A DNA stretch of 64,000 nt from an uncultured Planctomycetota bacterium. Its GTDB lineage: Bacteria > Planctomycetota > Planctomycetia > Isosphaerales > Isosphaeraceae. This document shows positions 1 to 9,767 of the stretch, piece after piece. Numbering within the stretch: the first letter of the stretch is position 1; each line of letters begins with the position of its first letter. A program made the position numbers and the translations under genes. The notes beneath the pieces were generated by a model that ran no database searches, had not been told where the DNA came from, and worked only from the letters and a program-made list of their open reading frames with translations. Location of the stretch: contig CAVTTN010000002.1 in the NCBI GenBank assembly GCA_963737655.1, forward strand, positions 2,144,001-2,208,000. Reading direction: 5' to 3'.

Positions 1-1387
1 AGGTGGCCAGCGCCAGGCCCAGGCTGGTCAGCGTGGCCCCGTAGGAGAGCGTCAGCCCGAACATCAGGAACGGCGAGATCCAGCGCATCCCGTCATCCAT
101 GACGGACTTGCCATGCCAGGCGTTGTTCAGGACGGCCGCGGCGCACATCGTCGCCGGCAGGAGCGCCAGCCAGGGCACGCCCCGGAACGTCCCCCACCAT
201 TTGCCCCAGACGATGCTCCGGGTATTCAACGGCGTGGCGAGCAGGACGTCCAGGCTCCCCCGGACCCGCTCCTCGGCCAGCGCCGTGGCGGAGGAGACGC
301 TCATCAGCAGCAGCCCCAGCGACACGCCGAAGCCGTTGACGAAGATCATCGCCCCTTCCTCGGAATTCCGGCTGTTCTGCCAGATCAGGAACAGCCCGAA
401 GCCCAGCGCCACCACGGCCGACGACACGTAGACCATCCAGATCACGCGGGTCCAGATCGACGGCCTCCGCCGGTGCCACTCCCTCCAGGCCACCGGGTTG
501 CCGTCGAGCGTCGGGCCGTAGAACGGCAGATGGAGCCGCCGACGCTTGCGGACCCGCTTCTTCCTCGGCCCGTCCCCCTGGTGAGTCGCCACCCGCCGGA
601 CCTTCCTCGTCGCCAGCGCCGCCAGCCCGGCCGACACGACCAGGCAGCCGAGGAAGAACAGGAGGTGCTCATGGATCGGCACCGCCCCGGGTGGTGCGGA
701 GACGATGATCCCGTAGGGATTGAGCTTCAAGAGGAAGCCAGGCGGCTCGCTGACGTGACCCGGGATCATCATGTGGACCATCCACCAGCCCGGGGAGAAG
801 CCGATCCACACGAGCAGGACGAGGTAGGTCGCCATGATGACCTCGTGCGTCTTCCCCGCCCAGACCGAGAAGCACAGCGCGAGCGTCCCGGCCAGGATCG
901 CCACGCCCAGGGTCACGAGGAACGCGCCGCCGAGGGCCATCGGGTCCACGCCGCCCATCAGCGTCGAGAGCGAGGTGATCCCCAGCGTGCTGAGGACCAG
1001 GCCGATCGCCGGGATCAGCCTCGCCGCCAGCTTCCCCAGGACGATCTCCGCGTCCGTGAGGTCGGTCATCAACAGATGGGTGAGCGTCCCGCGTTGCTTG
1101 TCCAGGCAGATCGCCCCGGCCGTCGCCGCCGGGGCGGCCAGCAAGATCAGGCTCAACTGGGTGGCGATGATCGCCGCGGAGAACGCCCGGCCCGCCTCGG
1201 CCTGCTGGCGGATCGAGCTGGGAGGCGCGGCCCCGTAGTAATACTGCTGACGGCTGTTCGAATAGGCGACCATCGCCAGGATCGCCAGCAGCCCCAGCCC
1301 GAAGGCCGACCGCAAGGCGTAGACCTGTTTCTTCCGGGAGGTCGTCAGCCACTCGAACGCGAAGACCGGCCCGAGCCCAATGCGCAT
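1..1387 (-). CDS. ABC-2 type transporter permease (planctomycete type), 3' end runs off the window
   Basis: Not in the ORF track because no stop is in the window. Manual translation from the ATG at 1387 gives MRIGLGPVFAFEWLTTSRK..., with many TM segments and two ABC-2 signature copies (AICLDKQRGTLTHLLMTDL..EIVLGKL and LAEERVRGSLDVLLATPL..IVWGKW). Confidence 0.85.
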   Translation of the reverse strand, partial: MRIGLGPVFAFEWLTTSRKKQVYALRSAFGLGLLAILAMVAYSNSRQQYYYGAAPPSSIRQQAEAGRAFSAAIIATQLSLILLAAPAATAGAICLDKQRGTLTHLLMTDLTDAEIVLGKLAARLIPAIGLVLSTLGITSLSTLMGGVDPMALGGAFLVTLGVAILAGTLALCFSVWAGKTHEVIMATYLVLLVWIGFSPGWWMVHMMIPGHVSEPPGFLLKLNPYGIIVSAPPGAVPIHEHLLFFLGCLVVSAGLAALATRKVRRVATHQGDGPRKKRVRKRRRLHLPFYGPTLDGNPVAWREWHRRRPSIWTRVIWMVYVSSAVVALGFGLFLIWQNSRNSEEGAMIFVNGFGVSLGLLLMSVSSATALAEERVRGSLDVLLATPLNTRSIVWGKWWGTFRGVPWLALLPATMCAAAVLNNAWHGKSVMDDGMRWISPFLMFGLTLSYGATLTSLGLALAT

Positions 1388-1663
1388 GACGGAACCCCCT
1401 CGCCTTCCCGGCCGAGTCGAGACCATCCCACGACGGAGATTCGTCCCTGGCTCCGATTTCTTCTAACGAAATCGTTGGGAGACCGCCAGGGGATGCCGCG
1501 AAAAGACGGCCGATCGGCCGGGGCCCGGCGGCCGGGCCGTTGGCGTCACGGACGAGGATTCCTCGGAAGCGATTTGCTCGGCACCGGGTCCGAAGCTCTA
1601 ACCCGCACCACTCAAGACCCTTGCGGCGTCCGGAACTGGTGACCGCCCTGCGCCTTGACCCGA

Positions 1664-1692
1664 TTGACGGTCCCTCGCCGCCCGCCTAAACT
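1664..1692 (+). promoter_or_regulatory. sigma-70-type promoter
   Basis: TTGACG (1664-1669), 17-nt spacer, TAAACT (1687-1692), upstream of the ORF at 1736. Confidence 0.6.
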
Positions 1693-1735
1693 AGGGCCTG
1701 ATCCGCTCGAACCCGTTCTCGATGCATGACTTGCC

Positions 1736-1849
1736 ATGTTCCGCTGGCCCGATCGCTTGCTGACGGTCCTCCTGGCGTATGGCCTGGTCTTCGTGGGCTT
1801 CCCCGCCCTGTGCGTCCTGAGCTATCTGTGGGTCACGGGCGCCCTTTGA
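1736..1849 (+). CDS. small hydrophobic membrane protein, 37 aa
   Basis: MFRWPDRLLTVLLAYGLVFVGFPALCVLSYLWVTGAL*. Nearly all codons end in G/C, and a promoter lies upstream. Confidence 0.6.
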   Translation: MFRWPDRLLTVLLAYGLVFVGFPALCVLSYLWVTGAL

Positions 1850-1875
1850 ACGAACGACCTTCGCCGGGAGAAACG

Positions 1876-2220
1876 ATGACACCGAGCCTCGTGATGGCCG
1901 CCCGGATCGCCCTGGGCGTGTATGCGGGCCTGCTCGGGGTCGGCGGCGCGATCGGATTCCGGAAGGCGGGGAGTCGGCCCTCGTTGATCGCCGGGGTGGT
2001 CAGCGGACTGGTGGCGGCCGGGGCCCTGGGCTTGACGTTCGTCGGCCCCTCGATGATCGGCCCCGGGCTGATCCTGGGCGCGGTCCTTTCCCTGGCGATG
2101 CTCGCCGTCTTCGCGATCCGCTTGAAGAAGACCGGGAAGTTCATGCCCTCGGGCCTCCTGCTCGGGGCGAGCGGCCTCATACTCGTCCTGATGGCCCTCG
2201 CCCTGATCCCCACCGCCTGA
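1876..2220 (+). CDS. TMEM14 family membrane protein
   Basis: YAGLLGVGGAIGFRKAGSRPSLIAG and KTGKFMPSGL motifs typical of TMEM14. GGGAG RBS before the ATG at 1876. Confidence 0.85.
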   Translation: MTPSLVMAARIALGVYAGLLGVGGAIGFRKAGSRPSLIAGVVSGLVAAGALGLTFVGPSMIGPGLILGAVLSLAMLAVFAIRLKKTGKFMPSGLLLGASGLILVLMALALIPTA

Positions 2221-2379
2221 GCCGGTCCGAGCCCCGGCGACCCGTCCGAAAAAAACGCGCGGAACTCCGGTCGCCGTCCGGGGTTTCTTGGGATGTATGG
2301 CCGCTCGGAAGACGAGGGGCCAGGGCGCCGACCGGGCCGGGCTCGGCCCGATCCCCCCTCGCGAAAGGACGATCCGGCG

Positions 2380-4239
2380 ATGACCCGACTCCTGGATTCC
2401 CGCAGGGCCCTGTGGGCGCCCTGGCCGCGGCCCTCGCCCTCGGGGCCGCCCCGGAAGACGCCAAGACGGCCGCGCCGACCGTCACTCCGACGCCGACCAA
2501 GGCCCAGATCCAGGAGGCCCGCGCCGTCCTCCGCGACTTCCTCGAACTCTCCGCCGCGCTCGACAAGGAGAAAGGCAAGGGCGGAAAGGCCGCCCCCAAG
2601 GAGCTCACCGACGCCGAGCTCCTCCAGAAGGCCGCCCGACCGGCCCGGACCGTCCGCAAGACCTCGCTGGAGCCGGCCGAGATCGACGCCCTCCTGGAGA
2701 AGACGTACGAGGCCGCGAAGGTCGTCCCCGCCAAGATCACGGGCGACGAGGAGTTCATCCGCCGCGTCTCGCTCGACGTGACCGGCAAACTCCCCCCGCC
2801 CGCCGCCGTCCTCGCCTTCCGCCAGAGCCGCGACAAGAACAAGCGGGCCGAGCTGATCGACGCCCTCCTCGCCAGCCCGGACTACGCGACGAACTGGGCC
2901 CGCTACTTCAAGGACGTCGTCCAGTACCACGCCACCACCGGCAACCCCGCGCTGGTCCGGTTCGCGAAGCTGGAAGACTGGCTGGCCGAACAGTTCGCCA
3001 GGAACCGGCCGTGGGACGAGATCGCCGCCGAGATGATCACGGCCGTCGGCAACACCGGCCAGGACGGCGCGACGGTCTTCCCCGCCGCCCACATGGGCCA
3101 GGCCGTCGAGATCGCCGGCGAGGTCTCCCGGGTCTTCCTCGGCGTGCAGATCCAGTGCGCCCAGTGCCACGACCACCCGAGCGACCCGTGGAAGCGCGAG
3201 CAATTCCACGAGTTCGCCGCGTTCTTCTCCGGCCTCCAGGCCCGCCGCAACCCCAGCGTCGAGAACGGCCCGAGCCTGGACGTCCTCGACCGCAAGGGGA
3301 ACGTCGGCTACAAGATGCCGGACCTGAAGGACCCGAACAAGCAGATCCCCGTCGAGCCGAAATTCTTCCTGGCCAGCTCCTCGGGCCCCCTGCCGGCGAA
3401 CCTCTCGGCCGCCCAGCGGCGGAAGCTCGCCGCCTCCTACGTGACCGGCCAGGACAATCCCTGGTTCGCCAGGGCGTTCGTCAATCGGGTCTGGTACGCC
3501 CTGGTCGGCGAAGGGTTCTACAGCCCGGTGGATGACCTCGGCCCGACCCGCGAAAGCCGGGCCCCGGAGGTCCTCGACAAGATCGCCGGCGAATTCTCCG
3601 CCTCGGGGTACGACGTCCGCTGGCTGTTCCGCACGATCCTCAACACCAAGGCGTACCAGCGCGAGTTCCGCTCGATCACCACGTCGGCCGGCCGCACCCC
3701 GTTCGCCGCCAATTGCCCGAGCCGGCTCCGGGCCGACCAGATCATGGACGCCCTGGGCCAGGCCCTGGCCATCAACTTCGACCCCGCCGGGATCGTCAAC
3801 AAGAAGGGGACCGTGACCAAGGGGGCCAAGGCCGAGAAGACGCCGGAGCCTCAGACCCCCCAGCAGAAGCTCGCCGCCGTGATGGCCCGGTTCCGAGGGG
3901 CCCCGCGCCGGGTTCAACCAGACCTTCGGCGTCGATCCGTCGATCCCCAACGAGGACGTCCTGGGCACGATCCCCCAGGCCCTGTTCCTCATGAACAGCC
4001 CGGTGATCGAGAACGCGATCCGGGGCAAGAACTCGGTCCTCGCCGAGATCCTCGCGAATAGCCCGAACGAGAGGGTCGCGCTCGAAGCGGTGTACCTCCG
4101 AGTCCTCGCCCGATCCCCGACCGCCGACGAGGTCCGCACCTGCGGCCAGTACCTCCAGAAGGTCGGCAACCGCCGCGAGGCGTTCGAGGACATCCTCTGG
4201 GCCCTGGTCAACTCGACCGAGTTCCTCAGCCGCAAGTAG
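2380..4239 (+). CDS. DUF1549/DUF1553 domain protein (frameshifts near 2412 and 3900)
   Basis: DEEFIRRVSLDVTGKLP, FLGVQIQCAQCHDHP, NPWFARAFVNRVW and C-terminal AFEDILWALVNSTEF. Spread over three frames (ORFs at 2293, 2412 and 3991). Confidence 0.9.
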
Positions 4240-4335
4240 GGTGCATGAACTGCACCATCCGGGTTCACAAGACACGCCGGCGATCGGGCCCGACCGACAC
4301 ATCGGTGGAGGACCCTCCACCCCAGGGAGACTCTC

Positions 4336-5628
4336 ATGCTCGACCAGAAGACGATCGTGAAGGTCGCGATGAACGGCCAGGGGGTCCTGGGTCGTCGCGG
4401 ATTCCTGAAGGGGATCGGCCTGGGCGCGGCCGGGCTGATGGGCCTGAGCTTCACCGACCTCATGGCCGTCCACGCCGACGAGATCCGCAAGAGGCAGATG
4501 GCCTGCATCCTCCTCTGGATGGGCGGCGGGCCCAGCCAGTTCGAGACGTTCGACCCCAAGCCCGACCACAAGAACGGCGGCGAGACCGCCACGATCGAAA
4601 CCGCCGTGCCCGGCATCCGCATCGCCAGGGGCTGGGAGAAGACCGCCGCCGCGATGAAGGACATCGCCCTGGTCCGCTCGATGACCAACAAGGAAGGCAA
4701 CCACCAGAGGGCCACGTACCAGCTCCACACCGGCTACGCCCCGACCGGCACGGTGAAGCACCCGAGCTTCGGCTGCAACGTGGCCGCCGAGCTCGGCGAC
4801 CCGAAGTTCGACCTGCCCCACATCGTCAGCATCGGCGGCTCGCCCGTGGGAGCGGGCCTCCTGGGCGTGGCGTACGAGCCCTTCAACATCGGCGACGCGA
4901 CCAAGCCGCCCACCAACGTGAACCCGCCGGTCGGTCGCGAGCGGTTCTCCCGCCGCCTCGACCTGATGGCCGACCTGGAGCGCGAGGGGTTCTCCCGGAC
5001 CGGCGGGATCGACCGCGTGAAGGAGCATCACGCCGTCTACAAGCAGACCAAGAACATGGTCCTCTCCCCCCGGATGAAGGCGTTCGACCTGGAGAGCGAG
5101 GCCTCGCCGGTCCGCGACGCCTACGGCCGCAACCCGTTCGGCCAGGGCTGCCTGCTGGCCCGGAGGCTCGTCGAGGCCGGCGTCACGTTCGTCGAGGTCC
5201 GTTCCAACGGCTGGGACATGCACCAGAAGGTTCATGAGAACATGGAGAAGAACGCCGGGAACGTCGATCCCGGGTTCGCCACGCTCGTGACCGACCTGAA
5301 GACCCGGGGGATGCTCGACCGGACCCTGGTGATCTGGATGGGCGAGTTCGGCCGGACCCCGAAGGTCAACCCCAACGCCGGCCGGGACCACTTCCCCAGG
5401 GTCTTCAACGTCGCCCTGGCCGGCGGAGGCATCAAGGGAGGCCAGGTCATCGGCGCCTCCTCGGCCGACGGCACCGAGGTCAAGGAACGCCCCGTGACCG
5501 TCAATGACCTGCTCGTCTCCTTCTGCGAGTCGATGAAGATCGACCCTCGCAAGGAGAACATGAGCTCGCTCGGACGGCCGATCAAGGTCGTCGACGGCGG
5601 GGCCGTGGTGAAAGAACTCTTCGCCTGA
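4336..5628 (+). CDS. DUF1501 domain protein
   Basis: RRGFLK Tat-like motif, WMGGGPSQFETFDPKP, FGQGCLLARRLVEAGVTFVEV, GEFGRTP and GRDHFP. Confidence 0.92.
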   Translation: MLDQKTIVKVAMNGQGVLGRRGFLKGIGLGAAGLMGLSFTDLMAVHADEIRKRQMACILLWMGGGPSQFETFDPKPDHKNGGETATIETAVPGIRIARGWEKTAAAMKDIALVRSMTNKEGNHQRATYQLHTGYAPTGTVKHPSFGCNVAAELGDPKFDLPHIVSIGGSPVGAGLLGVAYEPFNIGDATKPPTNVNPPVGRERFSRRLDLMADLEREGFSRTGGIDRVKEHHAVYKQTKNMVLSPRMKAFDLESEASPVRDAYGRNPFGQGCLLARRLVEAGVTFVEVRSNGWDMHQKVHENMEKNAGNVDPGFATLVTDLKTRGMLDRTLVIWMGEFGRTPKVNPNAGRDHFPRVFNVALAGGGIKGGQVIGASSADGTEVKERPVTVNDLLVSFCESMKIDPRKENMSSLGRPIKVVDGGAVVKELFA

Positions 5629-5639
5629 GGTCTTGAAGA

Positions 5640-5902
5640 TCGATGGCGGAGGAGGGGGAAATGAACCGCCAAGACGCCAAGATCGCCAAGGGCAGAAGAG
5701 AGGAAGAGGAGGAAGAAATCGAGAGGAAGAGGATCGAAACGCAGATGACGCAGATTTCTAAATGCAATTCGCTTTCAAATCTGCGTCATCTGCGTTTGAA
5801 CTCCCGCTTCCTCTCCTATTCGCTCTCTCCCCTCTCTTCCTCTCCTCTGCCCTTGGCGATCTTGGCGTCTTGCCGGTTCATCTCCCCCTCCTCCGCCATC
5901 GA
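5640..5902. repeat. 263-bp nested palindromic (MITE/REP-like) element
   Basis: Outer arms of ~68 bp with about 3 mismatches. Inner perfect 21-bp inverted repeat (5737-5757 and 5777-5797) around a 19-nt loop. Confidence 0.9.
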
Positions 5903-5967
5903 AGGCTCGAGAGAATGATCTCCCCCCAATGGTTCCGCCGGGCGGTCCGGGCGATTAGAATGCCGGG

Positions 5968-7341
5968 ATGGTCACTCCCCGCCCCGATGGATCGCCCGGG
6001 CGTCCCCAGGTCGTCGCGATCGGAGCCGGTTTCGCCGGCCTGGCCGCGATCCGAGGGCTGAAGCGCGCGCCGGTCGACATCACGGTGATCGATCGATCGA
6101 ATCACCACCTGTTCCAGCCCTTGCTGTACCAGGTGGCCACGGCCGCCCTCAATCCGTCGGACATCGCCGCGCCGATCCGGCGGATTCTTCGCGACCAGGC
6201 GAACGCCGAGGTGCTCCTGGGCGAGGTCTCGGGGATCGATGTCGAGGCCCGGGCCGTGGTGATGGCCGATGGCCGCGTCCCGTACGATTTCCTGATCCTC
6301 GCCACCGGCGCGACCCACTCGTATTTCGGCCGGGACGACTGGGAGGAGTTCGCCCCGGGCCTCAAGAGCCTCCAGGACGCCCTGGAGATCCGCCGACGGG
6401 TGCTCTCGGCCTTCGAGGTCGCCGAGCGCGAGGCGGACGAGGCCGAGAAGCGGAAGTGGCTCACGTTCGTCGTCGTCGGCGCCGGCCCGACCGGCACCGA
6501 GCTCGCCGGGACGCTCGTCGAGGTCGCCCGCTACACCCTCGCCCGCGACTTCCGCCGGATCGACCCGGCCGCGGCCCGGGTCGTCCTCCTGGAAGGGACC
6601 GACCGCGTCCTCCCGGCCTACGTCGAGCCGCTCTCCGAGAGCGCCCGGAAGCAACTGGAGAAGCTCGGCGTCGAGGTTCGCACCGGAACCCGCGTGACCG
6701 GCATCGACGACGACGGCGTGACCGTGGGAGACGGCGAACGGATCGAGGCGAAAACGGTCGTTTGGGGCGCAGGAGTGGCGGCGAGTCCCCTGGCCCGGTC
6801 GCTCGGAGTCCCCCTGGACCGCGCCGGTCGCGTGATCGTCCGGCCGGACCTGACCGTCCCGGGCCATCCCGAGATTTTCGTGATCGGCGACCTCGCCAGG
6901 ATCGATTCCGACGGCAAGCCGGTCCCCGGCGTCGCCCCGGCGGCCATGCAGATGGGCGGCTTCGTGGCCGATGAACTGAGGAGGAGGCTCAAGGGGCAGC
7001 CCGGTCGGCCGTTCCGCTACCGGGACAAGGGGATGCTCGCGACGATCGGCCGTGGGGCGGCCGTGGCCGACCTGGGCGGGTGGAAGGTCTCGGGCTATCC
7101 GGCGTGGCTCCTCTGGCTGTTCATCCACATCTTCTTCCTGATCGGTTTCCGCAACCGGGTGCTGGTGATGATCCAGTGGGCCTGGGCGTATTTCACGTAT
7201 GACCGGGGCGCCCGATTGATCACGGGACGAGTCCGGGGCCGATTGGTCGAGGGCCTCACGGCCGACCCTCTCCCGCCGGCCTCGCCGACGCCGCCCGACC
7301 CGATCGCCCCCGTCTCCGCCTCGACCGGACGCCCCTCATGA
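5968..7341 (+). CDS. ndh: type II NADH dehydrogenase (NAD(P)/FAD-dependent oxidoreductase)
   Basis: GAGFAG, NHHLFQPLLYQVATA, VVGAGPTGTELAG, FVIGD and PGVAPAAMQMG. Confidence 0.9.
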   Translation: MVTPRPDGSPGRPQVVAIGAGFAGLAAIRGLKRAPVDITVIDRSNHHLFQPLLYQVATAALNPSDIAAPIRRILRDQANAEVLLGEVSGIDVEARAVVMADGRVPYDFLILATGATHSYFGRDDWEEFAPGLKSLQDALEIRRRVLSAFEVAEREADEAEKRKWLTFVVVGAGPTGTELAGTLVEVARYTLARDFRRIDPAAARVVLLEGTDRVLPAYVEPLSESARKQLEKLGVEVRTGTRVTGIDDDGVTVGDGERIEAKTVVWGAGVAASPLARSLGVPLDRAGRVIVRPDLTVPGHPEIFVIGDLARIDSDGKPVPGVAPAAMQMGGFVADELRRRLKGQPGRPFRYRDKGMLATIGRGAAVADLGGWKVSGYPAWLLWLFIHIFFLIGFRNRVLVMIQWAWAYFTYDRGARLITGRVRGRLVEGLTADPLPPASPTPPDPIAPVSASTGRPS

Positions 7342-8186
7342 CCGATCGCGATGCCCTGATCCGCCAGGTCCTCCAGAGGCTCGACTCGCTCCGCCGGGCC
7401 GGGCTGGACCGCATGCCGCGCCCTCCCGTGTTCGCCCCCTCGCCCCTCGTCGCCCCGCCGGTTCGAGAACCCGAGCCGATCGCCGAACGCCCCCGGCCGA
7501 CGATCGCCGCCGCATCCCCGCCGCGATCGGCCGCGTCGCCTCCGATCCTGGCCTCCTCGCTGTTCGGAGAACCCGAGCTCGCCGGCCCGAAGGTGGACGC
7601 CTCCGATCGTCCGGCCCTGCTCGCGGCCCTGGCGGCCGAGGTCGCGGCGTGCGAAAAATGCCCCTTGCTCGCCCCGACCCGGACCCAAACCGTCTTCGGC
7701 GAAGGCAGCCCGACCCCCCGCTTGATGTTCATCGGCGAGGCCCCGGGCCAGACCGAGGACGAGACCGGCCGCCCGTTCGTCGGCAAGGCGGGCCTGTTGT
7801 TGACCGACATGATCACCAAGGGGATGGGGCTGAAGCGCGAAGACGTCTACATCGCCAACATCCTGAAGTCCCGCCCCCCGGGCAACCGCGACCCTCTGCC
7901 CGAGGAGACCCGCAACTGCCTGCCGTTCCTCGAACGCCAGATCGCGATCCTCCGCCCCGAATTCCTCTGCATCCTGGGCAAACCGGCGTCGCAAGCCCTC
8001 CTCGAAACCGCCATGCCCCTGGGGAGGCTCCGGGGCAAGTGGCACTCGTACCGAGGAATCCCGGCGATCGTCACCTGGCACCCGGCCTACCTGCTCAGGA
8101 ACCCGGCGTCCAAGAAAGAGACGTGGGACGACCTGCAAATGCTGATGAAGCGGATGGGGATCAAGCCGCCGGAGCGGAAATCCTAG
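7338..8186 (+). CDS. uracil-DNA glycosylase family 4 (Fe-S)
   Basis: CEKCPL, FIGEAPG..ED..GRPFVG, NILKSRPPGNR and HPAYLLRN. Confidence 0.92.
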   Translation: MTDRDALIRQVLQRLDSLRRAGLDRMPRPPVFAPSPLVAPPVREPEPIAERPRPTIAAASPPRSAASPPILASSLFGEPELAGPKVDASDRPALLAALAAEVAACEKCPLLAPTRTQTVFGEGSPTPRLMFIGEAPGQTEDETGRPFVGKAGLLLTDMITKGMGLKREDVYIANILKSRPPGNRDPLPEETRNCLPFLERQIAILRPEFLCILGKPASQALLETAMPLGRLRGKWHSYRGIPAIVTWHPAYLLRNPASKKETWDDLQMLMKRMGIKPPERKS

Positions 8187-8200
8187 AGAGGGGGCCGGCC

Positions 8201-8566
8201 GTGGGGCGTCGTCTCGCATCCCTCCTGGTCGGAGCGGCCCTCGGCGCCGCCGTCTTGACCATCTGCGGCCGGTCGATCGGCCCCTCGGCCGTGAAAATGT
8301 TCTCGGTCGAAGAGCTCCTGATCCGAGGAGCGATCGCCGGAGGAGTCCTGGGTCTGGGCGTCCGGGTGCTGCCTCGGGCCGTGGCCGGCGCGGCGATCGG
8401 TGCGGTCTTGCCGATCGCCTTCGTCGAGTTGAATCCGTGCGACGGCAGTTATGCCGCCGTCCCGGCCTTCGGCGCCCTGGTCGGGGCCGGGCTGGCCTCG
8501 GGGTTCGGCAGGCTCCGGCGGCTTGGAACGGGAAAGAAGCCGTCCGAGGGCTTCGACGAATCCTAG
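8201..8566 (+). CDS. small membrane protein, hypothetical
   Basis: GTG start after GAGGGG. Three to four Gly/Ala-rich hydrophobic segments. Confidence 0.5.
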   Translation: MGRRLASLLVGAALGAAVLTICGRSIGPSAVKMFSVEELLIRGAIAGGVLGLGVRVLPRAVAGAAIGAVLPIAFVELNPCDGSYAAVPAFGALVGAGLASGFGRLRRLGTGKKPSEGFDES

Positions 8567-8592
8567 GCCAGTCGCACGAGGGCACTCCTCGC

Positions 8593-9742
8593 TCACCCCT
8601 CCGGCGAGGGCAATTCGGCGGCGAACTGGGCGAGGTCCGCGAGGGTCGGGCTCTCGGCCGACCTCACGTAGAAGCCGCTGGTGGCGACCCCGGCGCAGAG
8701 GCTTTCTTCCAGGGTCAATCCGAGGATTCGGCCGAGGCAGAAGCCGGCGTTGAAGTGGTCGCCGGCCCCGGTGCTGATCTTCGGCTGCTTGACGAACGGG
8801 CCGGGGAAGATCGCGACCTCCGCGGCCGTGGCCGCCGCCGCGGCGCGCCTTCGGGTGGATCACCACGCAGTCGATCCCGAGCCGTTCGCGGATGGCCGAG
8901 GCGGCGCGGTCCACCGTGGCCTCGGGTTCGGCCCGGCTGGGGAGGTTCAGGACGGCCTCGACCTGCATCGATTCCTTGAGGTTCAGGCCGAGGATCACGT
9001 CCAGGTGCTGCTGGAACCGCGACAGGAGGCCGAGGGCGGCCTTGAGGTCTTCGGGGGTCCGTTTCTCCGGGTCGGCCAGGTCGATGAAGAGGCGGCCGGG
9101 CAGTCGGGCGATGCCGGGCAGGACGTCTTCGAGGAGCCGTTCCCAGATCCGCGTCATCCCCGGGAGCATCGTCCAGTTCACCATGCCGATCAGCGTTGCG
9201 CCCCGGAGCATCCGGCCCAGGCGGTCCCGGCCGACCCGTTCCATCAGGTTCTCCCAGTTCACCTGTTCGAGCGGTTCGAGCTTGCCGAGCATGATCTTGC
9301 CGTCGTCGAACTCCAGGGCGTCGGTGTGGCCGGGCTCGGCGATGCTGAGGACCCGGGAGCCGGCGGCGAAGTCGCGGAAGACCGGGTGGACCTCGGGATA
9401 GCCGAGGTTGCCGACGTAGGTGACGCCGAAGCCGAGGCGGGCCAGGGCGTTGGCCATGATCGGGCCGTTGCCGCCGAGCTTCGCCTGCTTCACGACGAGC
9501 TCGTAATTGCTCGATTCGCCCGCGGCGGCGCGGACCTTGTCGCCGAAGGCGGCGATGGTCCGGACCGGGTCGTATCGGCCGTCGGCGAAGCGTTTATCGA
9601 CGACGGCGATGATCTCGTCGACGAACCCGTCGAGGCCGACGACGGCCTCGGACCCGGCCAGGATGGCGGCGCCGTCGGCCAGCTTCCGGGACGTCTCGGC
9701 GAGGACCTCTTCGCGAGGGGTGGCCACGGGTGGGGCCTCCAT
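8593..9742 (-). CDS. PfkB-family carbohydrate kinase (frameshift near 8850)
   Basis: KLGGNGPIMANALA at the N-terminus. After a frameshift comes the PfkB signature ISTGAGDHFNAGF, then a stop at 8593. Confidence 0.85.
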
Positions 9743-9767
9743 CGGGGGAGGGTCCGGCGGGCCATTC

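Noticed and set aside
113..1642. Long ORFs antisense to or overlapping real genes (e.g. 113-1642, 1833-4730, 15177-17261, 26459-28315, 30373-32487, 58406-60244)
   Set aside because: These are R/G/P-rich shadow ORFs expected in high-GC DNA. The opposite strand or another frame carries recognisable protein motifs.
5643..5918. 91-aa ORF (and its antisense counterparts) between DUF1501 and ndh
   Set aside because: It is simply the translation of the palindromic element, with low complexity and atypical codon usage.
7338..8186. UDG4 or the EVE protein (42538) as prophage or defence markers
   Set aside because: Both are common housekeeping families, and no integrase, phage structural, nuclease or methylase genes are adjacent.
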